Shown here in pieces: positions 16,096-22,633 of a DNA stretch of 22,633 nt. This DNA comes from an uncultured virus (IMG/VR IMGVR_UViG_3300044637_002122) (Duplodnaviria; Heunggongvirae; Uroviricota; Caudoviricetes), in the IMG/VR virus record IMGVR_UViG_3300044637_002122; one strand, 5' to 3'. Both the position numbers and the translations under genes were made by a program. The notes under the pieces were generated by a model. That model made no database searches, had not been told where the DNA came from, and saw only the letters and a list, made by a program, of their open reading frames with translations. Within the stretch, counting starts at the first letter, position 1. Every line of letters begins with the position of its first letter.

Positions 16096-16540
16096 CTATC
16101 AACAGACCGCATCTTGGCTTCGTGCGTGCGGCAAGAAGCCGGGGAACAAGGACCACCTGCGCGTCGCCGTTGGCGTCACGATTGAGGAGTTTGTGGAGTT
16201 CCTGCGCACCATCAGCTTGGTGAGCAACACCGGGATTACATCAAACGCTCTGGTGGAGGTGGCTTTCCACTTGGAGGCGTGCGCAGAGGTTCTCAAAACC
16301 GGCGCCGCGCAAGTCGAGATCCATGACCGGGCCGAGTGCCTGGATGCCTTGTGCGACCTGGAGGTGACCATCAACGGCATCGCCTACATGGCGGGCATGA
16401 ACAAGGAAGAAGGGGATCGCCGCACGATCGAGTCGAACTGGTCCAAGTTCAACGAAGACGGCACCCCCGTCATCCTGGAGGGCGGGAAGATCGGCAAGTC
16501 CGATCGCTTCAAGCCCGCCGACTACAGCGACCTAGTGTGA
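16085..16540 (+). CDS. MazG-like / PRA-PH nucleotide pyrophosphohydrolase
   Basis: IEEF.E, E.LDALCD..VT..G, SNWSKF...G.P.....GKI.K. Confidence 0.8.
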   Translation: MTSSYQQTASWLRACGKKPGNKDHLRVAVGVTIEEFVEFLRTISLVSNTGITSNALVEVAFHLEACAEVLKTGAAQVEIHDRAECLDALCDLEVTINGIAYMAGMNKEEGDRRTIESNWSKFNEDGTPVILEGGKIGKSDRFKPADYSDLV

Positions 16541-16731
16541 TCGCGCCAGCCCCTCACGGCTCGACGGTCACCAACTTCAGTGGCCGCACGCGCCCTTGCT
16601 CGAAGTGCAGCGAAGAGCGCCCGCTTGAGGGCGGCGTTGAGCGCGGCAACGGCAAGTGGCACTGCGGCCGCTGCTGGCGCGGGTTCGCCATGCGCCCCAA
16701 GAAGAAGCAACCAACCGAAAGGACCACATGA
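16537..16731 (+). CDS. small zinc-finger protein
   Basis: GTGA overlap; CSKC...WHCGRC. Confidence 0.65.
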   Translation: MIAPAPHGSTVTNFSGRTRPCSKCSEERPLEGGVERGNGKWHCGRCWRGFAMRPKKKQPTERTT

Positions 16732-17129
16732 ACCAGCAAACCATCACGGTGCCCGCCATCTCGCGGGCCCTGCACTACATCCCCGTCGATAGCGACGATC
16801 TGGCCACGATGATCCGCCGCGACTGCCAGCCGCTGCACGCGACTGTCATCATGGTGCTCGACGAGCGCACGGTGAACCTGGCCATCATCGACCACGACGG
16901 CATGTTCCACACCCGCATCGGCGTGCGGCTGGTGCACCCGGGCGACGAGCTGCCGGGCGGCAGCTACGCGGTCTGGCCTGCGGGGACCCGCGAGAGCTAC
17001 GCGGCCCCGGCGAGCGTCAGCTTTGCCCCGGCGCCGCGGGGCGATTCGCTCATCAGCCCGCTACTGGCCGACGCCCTGGCCAGCGCGCCGCCGGCACCGG
17101 CGCCATCTCCGGCGCTGGCCAACGACTGA
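16728..17129 (+). CDS. hypothetical phage protein
   Basis: AAAGGA RBS and ATGA overlap. Confidence 0.7.
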   Translation: MNQQTITVPAISRALHYIPVDSDDLATMIRRDCQPLHATVIMVLDERTVNLAIIDHDGMFHTRIGVRLVHPGDELPGGSYAVWPAGTRESYAAPASVSFAPAPRGDSLISPLLADALASAPPAPAPSPALAND

Positions 17130-17139
17130 AGCCAGCGCG

Positions 17140-17394
17140 ATGCTGACCCACCTCGCTCTGATGTCCATCTACCAGGCGCCAGCGGTGCGCCTGGAGTTGG
17201 TGTGCGAGGACTACTTCGGCCTCTCGATCGAAGAGGCCATGAGACGGGCGGCTCGCAACGAGCTGCCCGTTCCCGTCTTCAGGCTCAACAACAGCCGCAA
17301 GGCGCCGCTGATGGTGTCGTGCGCGGATCTGGGGGCGCATATCGACAAGCAACGCGCTGCTGCTGCGGAGCTCTGGGAGCGGTCGCGCGTGTGA
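17140..17394 (+). CDS. PrtN-family protein, probable excisionase/RDF
   Basis: T..ALM..Y..P.V.LE.VC.DYF.......R......LP.PVFRL..S.KAP..V...DL...ID..R. Confidence 0.8.
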   Translation: MLTHLALMSIYQAPAVRLELVCEDYFGLSIEEAMRRAARNELPVPVFRLNNSRKAPLMVSCADLGAHIDKQRAAAAELWERSRV

Positions 17395-17469
17395 TGCACC
17401 CGGGGCTTGCAACACGCAGCCCCTCCTCATCGAATCCGCAGGCGAATCAACTGCTTGCGAGCCCCTGCT

Positions 17470-17578
17470 TCCAGTCCATCATCGGGGCAATGGCGAAGGC
17501 CCATGGCCCAGGATTGCGCCCAAGGCCTTGATTCTGCTCAGCTTTTTGCGCCAGCGGCGGCGCGACCTCTTGTTTCAT
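17470..17578 (-). other. attP core with replacement 5' end of dusA
   Basis: - strand reads MKQEV...WAFAIAPMMDW, matching the DusA N-terminal F.VAPMMDW motif, then diverges; divergent from int. Confidence 0.75.
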
Positions 17579-17661
17579 TCCCGTGCATTCCGGTGGGTTT
17601 CTGCGCGATGTTGTGACAACCCGTCGCAGCATGCAGCTGCAGCAGCAACAGGAGATGCAAC

Positions 17662-18726
17662 ATGCCGACAATCGTGCGAAGGGGCGACTCGTTCCTGTGC
17701 CAGGTCAGGGTACAGCGCAACGGGGTCAAGGTGTTTAGCGAGTCCAAGACGTTCCCGACAAGCGAGCGGGCCTTGGCATGGGGCAGGCGCCTCGAGGCCG
17801 AGCTCCAAGAGCGCGGCGCGACCAGTGTCTCGACACGCCATCTGACCGTCGGGCAGCTGGTGCTGAAGCACCTGGCCTACCAGCGGTCGCTGCGCGAGGT
17901 TGGGCGATCCTCTATCCACACGCACGAGTCGATAGCCCAGGCCTTTCACAACGTCGGCGTCAACCAGCTGACGGCCAAGCGGGTGGTCGACTATGCGCGC
18001 AGGCGGGCCGCGGAGGGCGCTGCGCCGGCAACGATCGCCGCAGAGCTCTCGCCGGTGCGTGCAGCCTTCCACGCGGCCCCGCACGCCCACGGGATCCGCC
18101 TGGAGACGGACGAGATCGACACCGCTCTGCGCAAGCTGCGCGAGATGGGCCTATCCGGCCGCGGGCGCCACGCCGGCCGGGCCATGACGGCCGCCGAGGA
18201 GGCCGCCCTGAGGGCCGAGTTCGCCAGGCAGCGGGTACACCACCAGGCCGTGATCGACATGGTCCTGTGGCTCGATCTGGCCTTGTCGTTGCCGCGCCGG
18301 CTGTCGGAGCTGGCCAGGCTGCGCTGGGCCGACGTGAACCTCGACCGCGGGATCATCGTCATCCGCGACGTCAAGCACCCCAGGCGCAAGGTCGGCAACG
18401 ATCAGGAGGTGCCGCTGCTGCCGACAGCGCGCGCGGCCATAGCCCGGGCGCCCAAGGTCGACGAGATGATCTTGCCGTGGCTGCCCGGAAGCGTGGCCGC
18501 GGCCTTTGAGCGGGCCCGCGATCGCATCGCCGAGACTGGCATGCCCGGCATCAAGGGCCTGCGGACGCACGACATGCGCGCCACGGGCATCAGCCGGCTG
18601 CTAAAGGCCGGGCTGCCCATCCCGCAGGTGGCCATGATCTCGGGGCACACGAACTGGCAGCAGGTGGCCAGGTACGCGCGGCTGACGGCAGAAGATGTGC
18701 ACGAGTCCTGGGCAAAGCTCAGGTAG
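17662..18726 (+). CDS. int: tyrosine integrase, dusA-associated type
   Basis: AGGAG RBS; catalytic R (PRRLSEL), K (VKHP), HDMR, SGH, Y (ARY). Confidence 0.9.
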   Translation: MPTIVRRGDSFLCQVRVQRNGVKVFSESKTFPTSERALAWGRRLEAELQERGATSVSTRHLTVGQLVLKHLAYQRSLREVGRSSIHTHESIAQAFHNVGVNQLTAKRVVDYARRRAAEGAAPATIAAELSPVRAAFHAAPHAHGIRLETDEIDTALRKLREMGLSGRGRHAGRAMTAAEEAALRAEFARQRVHHQAVIDMVLWLDLALSLPRRLSELARLRWADVNLDRGIIVIRDVKHPRRKVGNDQEVPLLPTARAAIARAPKVDEMILPWLPGSVAAAFERARDRIAETGMPGIKGLRTHDMRATGISRLLKAGLPIPQVAMISGHTNWQQVARYARLTAEDVHESWAKLR

Positions 18727-18734
18727 ATTCGGTG

Positions 18735-18881
18735 ATGCTTCTGCTCTTTGTTGTGTTTGGCCTGTACTGCGTCTGGGTGGCCAAGGCGCCCGAGGAGGCC
18801 GTCAGATTCGGCCTTGTGGCAATGTGGGTCGCCCTTGCTGGCGGGTGCGCTGTTTCGGTGGTGAGTGCTGTGATGCGTTGA
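18735..18881 (+). CDS. small two-TM membrane protein (below the ORF-track cutoff)
   Basis: MLLLFVVFGLYCVWVAKAPEEAVRFGLVAMWVALAGGCAVSVVSAVMR; fills the int-HNH gap; weak RBS. Confidence 0.45.
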   Translation: MLLLFVVFGLYCVWVAKAPEEAVRFGLVAMWVALAGGCAVSVVSAVMR

Positions 18882-18898
18882 CACTGGTATAACTCGGC

Positions 18899-19414
18899 AT
18901 GCCAAAGACTGTCGAGTACCCTTCAAGAGAGCGCCTGCTGGAGGCGCTGGAATACAACCCAGAGACCGGCCGCCTCACTTGGCGGCGCAACGTCTCAAGC
19001 ACTGGCCGCGCCGGCAGCGAAGCTGGCTGCAGGCAGCGCTCCGGGTACACCGTTGTGCGCCTGGACAAGAGGCTGCTGCTGGCGCACCGCGTGATCTGGA
19101 TCATGATGACCGGCGAGCGACCGCCGGAGTGCATCGACCACGTCAATCACATCAAGAGCGACAACAGGTGGGCCAACCTGCGGCGCTCAGACAAGGTTGA
19201 GAACGGCCAGAACCGGCGCGGCGCCCAGGTCAACAACCTGAGCACCGGCTGCCGCAACGTCTACTTCCTCGGACGCGGCAATCGCCAGTGGTTTGTTCAG
19301 ATCCAGGTGCCGGGCGGCAGGGTTCGCAAGGCCTTCTACACGCTTCTCGATGCCGCATGCTTCGCGCAGTCCGCGCGTCTCAAGCTGCACGCCGGCCATC
19401 CGCTCAACGCGTAG
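18899..19414 (+). CDS. HNH endonuclease with AP2-like C-terminus
   Basis: LEYNPETG...AHRVIW....G......IDH.N....DNR..NLR. Confidence 0.85.
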   Translation: MPKTVEYPSRERLLEALEYNPETGRLTWRRNVSSTGRAGSEAGCRQRSGYTVVRLDKRLLLAHRVIWIMMTGERPPECIDHVNHIKSDNRWANLRRSDKVENGQNRRGAQVNNLSTGCRNVYFLGRGNRQWFVQIQVPGGRVRKAFYTLLDAACFAQSARLKLHAGHPLNA

Positions 19415-22400
19415 CGCCGAGCGCCTCGACGGCCCGGTTCAGAGACGCCATCCGCGCCGTGATGCGCTCCTCGATGGCGCGCACCTGGTCGCGGGGCGCG
19501 CCCTCCTTCACCAGTCGCGACTTCTCCTTGCGCAGCTTGGAGATGTCGCGCTCGGCTCGGTTGGCCTGCGCAATGAGGTAGGCGTCAGGCCTGGATGCCC
19601 GCAGCTGCGCGGCTTCCGAGGCCTTGCCGTCCTGCTGCAGGCCCTTGATCTCCGTCTCCAGCTCGTTGAGGCGCTTCACGTTGCCGTAGAAGTTCGAGCC
19701 CTCGCTTGCCTGGCTGGCCGTGTTGCCACCGAAGCGGCCGACCAGCGGGACCTTGAAGATAGGCAGCTCTTCGCCCGTCACCGTGGCGGTGATGGTCTGC
19801 TCGAGCTTTGAGATCTCGCGGCCGACGCCGCCAGTCAGCTGGCCGATGAGGTAGTCGACCTGGTCTGGCGAAGGACTGATCGCCCCAGCCACGTAGTCGT
19901 TGCCGCCGGTGAGTGTGTTGACGCCCTTCGCGATGGCGATGGCCCAAGAGGTCGCGGTGTCGCGCGCCAGGGCGTGCCCCGGCGTCGCAGGGTTCATCGA
20001 CTCGCGCGTGATCGGGCGGCCCTGCCAGTCGCGGTTCTCCGTCAGCGCAACCAGCGGGTCCAGCGCGGTGGGTGCGATGGTCTGCATCGACATGCCAGCG
20101 TTGCCGATCGGGTTGAAGGCGTCAGCGAACATGCCGAGCATGCCGACGACACGCTCGGGCGTCTTGTCGAGTCCACCCATGGCCCACTCCGTGGCGACGC
20201 GGCCAATGTTGGGCAGAACGTGCAGGCCCAGCGGCATCGGTATGGACACGTAGCGACCATCGAACGTCGGGATGATGATCGATCGCTCGCGCATGAACTG
20301 CGGCGGGTCGTCTTCGCCGTAGCCCGCCGCCGCCAGGGCCAGGGCCTGCATCACGCCGATCATCACACCGCCGGCGACGATGCGCTTGCCGACGCGAGAA
20401 AGGCGCAAGGTCTTGATCTGCCCAGGCTCCATCGTGAACAGCAGTTCGCCGAGGCGAGCGGTGCCGGCAGATGCTGCGTTGTAAAACGCAAACAAGGCGC
20501 CGGCCTGTTGCGCTACTTGTCCCTTGCGATTGAAGTTAACACTGGCGTTTTTTGCTAGAGAGGCAGCATTTTCAATGGACATGCCGGACTCTTTCGCCAC
20601 CTTGTAGACGGCGAGCCGCATCGAGTTTTCCAGCGTCTCGTTGTAATCCGAAAGGGCCTGGAAGCCAGCCCTCACAACCTTCGATGCCTTCGACACCGGC
20701 ACCTTCAGCACGCCGTTGGCGGTGAAGACCTTGCCCAGCTTCGAGTCCATCCAGTAGTCGGGATTGATGGCCGAGCGGATGTCGTCGGCGCGGTCCTTGC
20801 TGTCGGCGAACATCTGACGGAAGCCGGTCTGCGCGCCGACGCTCTGGAACTCGTCCCACAGCTTCTGCCGCTCGGTGTCCAGCTTGCCGCTGCGCAGGTT
20901 CGTCCAGATGGCCTTGGTCATGCCCCAGGCTTCTTTCGCCACCTGCGACTGCTTGCCGTCCAGCGGGGTGCCATTCAGGTTGATGAGCACGTTCTGGAAG
21001 TCGCGGATGAAGTTCACGACACCGAAGACGGGGTTCCACTGGGTAGAAATCGCGGCGAAGTACCGAGTCACCACGGCGCTGGCGCCCAGCAGCCCCTCCA
21101 GCCGATCCATCTCCAGGTTCTTCATCACGGCCGCCGTCCGCATGGCCCGCGCGTTGCCCTCGTTGAAGATGACTGCGTGCTCCTTGACCGACCCGTCCTC
21201 CTCGCGGAACTTGGCCACGACGACGTTGGGCCGCATCTTGTACATCGGGTCCGGCCGCTGCACGACGACGCCCTTCTTGGGGTCGTAGGTCGGCGTGGTC
21301 GGCGCCAGGTCGACGGTCCAGAAGTCCCTGTTCTCGTTGTCGCGCGCCAGGTTCACCAGCGCCTGGCCGACACGGTTCTTCTCGCCGCGCACGATCACGC
21401 GCTCTCGCTGCATGGCGATGTTGGCGAAGACGTCGACGACCTTCTTGGTCGAGCCGGTGCGGCTCTTCACCTCGCGGCCCTTGATGCTGTAGCCCTGGCC
21501 AGATCCCAGGCGCTGCGGGGCGTCGCCGTCGTCCTCGCGCATAAGCGGCACGTAGTGCTGGAACATCTCGCCCCAGCCCTTGACGGTGTCGCGGCTCTCG
21601 AGCTCGTAGTCGACCATCAGCTGGCGCGTCTTGGCCAGGATCTTGTCGACCATGGCGGCGACGGCCTCGAGGTGGGCCTTCTTGTCTGCCGCGAGGTCGG
21701 ACATGTACTGCTGCGCGAGCGCGGTGTCGAGGCCGGACCCGCCGTCCTGCAGGAGCGGGCTGTCGGGGTTGCGCTCGGCGATGAGCCGGTTCGCCTCTGG
21801 CGCGTGGCGCGCGTGCAGGTACTCGTCCAGCTCCTCGAGCGTCAGGCCGCGCTTGGCCATCTCCTCGGTCAAGGGCTCGAGCTCGCGCTTGGTGAAGTCC
21901 TGCGTGCGCTTCGCGGCGCGGCCGTGGAAGAGCTCTTCGCGGAGGTAGGTGTTGGCGTCCTCGCTGATCTGCTTGCCGGCCTCCTGGATGGCCTGCTGCA
22001 CGCGCAGGAGGTCGACCTGGCGGTTCTGCATCTTGTAGACCACGTCGTCGAACTTCGACGCGCCAGGGCTCTCCCAGTTGCGCGCGGCGCTGGAGAGGAT
22101 GCTGGGGTCGGTCTCGTCGTAGCTGCCGTCGTTGCCGATGGCGGATTTGATCTGGGTCGGCCAGAACGCGACATAGACCTTTGTGTCGAGCTCGGATGCC
22201 ATGTCATCTGAGCCAGCAATGCCGTCGTACCCCATTGACTGGAGTCGCTCGCGAACCTCCGCGGAGTCGGTCTCCCCGCGTGCGATGGCCCTGGCCATTG
22301 GGTCCCAAACAGACTTCGGCGCCGGGTTCTGAAGCGACAGATAGACCGGCATCAGCACATCGCCGTATTGCTCGGCTTCGTACGGGCTGGATGTGAAGTA

Positions 22401-22633
22401 AAAGCCTTCTGCGATGGCGGAAAAGCCGTCGACCATTCTCGGGTCAAACTTGGAGAAGTCGTCTCCAGTCCCGTGATACACGACGCGCGGCACGCCGCCG
22501 GCGCGGCCGGAAGCGGTGACCTTGCTGCGCTTGAACCAGGCCCTGAACTCCGGCGTCTCGGTGCGCGGGTCGCGCTCGCGGCTCAGCCGCGCATCGCCTG
22601 CCCCCGACTTATCAACCACCACCTTGGCCGGGA
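19404..22633 (-). CDS. large polyvalent (putative virion-injected) protein, 3' part; ART-PolyVal-like and LPD38-like domains
   Basis: Frame is open to the window edge; VYHGT...GFYFT...MPVYL...GYDGI...F.PTQIKSA; C-terminal RERSIIIP....YVSIPMP.G...LP. Confidence 0.8.
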   Translation of the reverse strand, partial: PAKVVVDKSGAGDARLSRERDPRTETPEFRAWFKRSKVTASGRAGGVPRVVYHGTGDDFSKFDPRMVDGFSAIAEGFYFTSSPYEAEQYGDVLMPVYLSLQNPAPKSVWDPMARAIARGETDSAEVRERLQSMGYDGIAGSDDMASELDTKVYVAFWPTQIKSAIGNDGSYDETDPSILSSAARNWESPGASKFDDVVYKMQNRQVDLLRVQQAIQEAGKQISEDANTYLREELFHGRAAKRTQDFTKRELEPLTEEMAKRGLTLEELDEYLHARHAPEANRLIAERNPDSPLLQDGGSGLDTALAQQYMSDLAADKKAHLEAVAAMVDKILAKTRQLMVDYELESRDTVKGWGEMFQHYVPLMREDDGDAPQRLGSGQGYSIKGREVKSRTGSTKKVVDVFANIAMQRERVIVRGEKNRVGQALVNLARDNENRDFWTVDLAPTTPTYDPKKGVVVQRPDPMYKMRPNVVVAKFREEDGSVKEHAVIFNEGNARAMRTAAVMKNLEMDRLEGLLGASAVVTRYFAAISTQWNPVFGVVNFIRDFQNVLINLNGTPLDGKQSQVAKEAWGMTKAIWTNLRSGKLDTERQKLWDEFQSVGAQTGFRQMFADSKDRADDIRSAINPDYWMDSKLGKVFTANGVLKVPVSKASKVVRAGFQALSDYNETLENSMRLAVYKVAKESGMSIENAASLAKNASVNFNRKGQVAQQAGALFAFYNAASAGTARLGELLFTMEPGQIKTLRLSRVGKRIVAGGVMIGVMQALALAAAGYGEDDPPQFMRERSIIIPTFDGRYVSIPMPLGLHVLPNIGRVATEWAMGGLDKTPERVVGMLGMFADAFNPIGNAGMSMQTIAPTALDPLVALTENRDWQGRPITRESMNPATPGHALARDTATSWAIAIAKGVNTLTGGNDYVAGAISPSPDQVDYLIGQLTGGVGREISKLEQTITATVTGEELPIFKVPLVGRFGGNTASQASEGSNFYGNVKRLNELETEIKGLQQDGKASEAAQLRASRPDAYLIAQANRAERDISKLRKEKSRLVKEGAPRDQVRAIEERITARMASLNRAVEALGATR

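Noticed and set aside
17447..17671. 74-aa Cys-rich - strand ORF as a gene
   Set aside because: The Cys run arises from TGC/TGT repeats upstream of int; only the dusA-like part from 17578 is meaningful.
18878..18893. TTGACA and TATAAC as a -35/-10 pair
   Set aside because: Only 4 nt apart; only the extended -10 is plausible.

Overview
GC-rich segment of a temperate proteobacterial phage (inferred podovirus-like from a giant polyvalent virion protein). It is probably the excised or free form, because a dusA-type attP reads intact between xis and int. Layout: small + strand ORFs (1-1327); a - strand replication/nin-like operon (DUF1364, VRR-NUC, HNH, HU, DUF1367, DnaC-like loader, replication initiator, T5orf172) whose rep genes sit behind a C4-like antisense RNA leader; an XRE repressor; about 1.35 kb of apparently non-coding, densely structured RNA ending in an atypical tRNA-like element; a + strand early operon (ERF annealing protein, YqaJ-like exonuclease, SSB, dNMP kinase, HD hydrolase, HNH, MazG-like, PrtN-like xis); attP and tyrosine integrase; an HNH; and the 3' part of a large polyvalent protein (ART-PolyVal-like and LPD38-like). 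Best candidates for undescribed biology are the chain of interlocking RNA helices at 8080-9434 and a probable programmed -1 frameshift at the SSB DIPF tail. Family calls come from motif recognition by eye; no searches were run.
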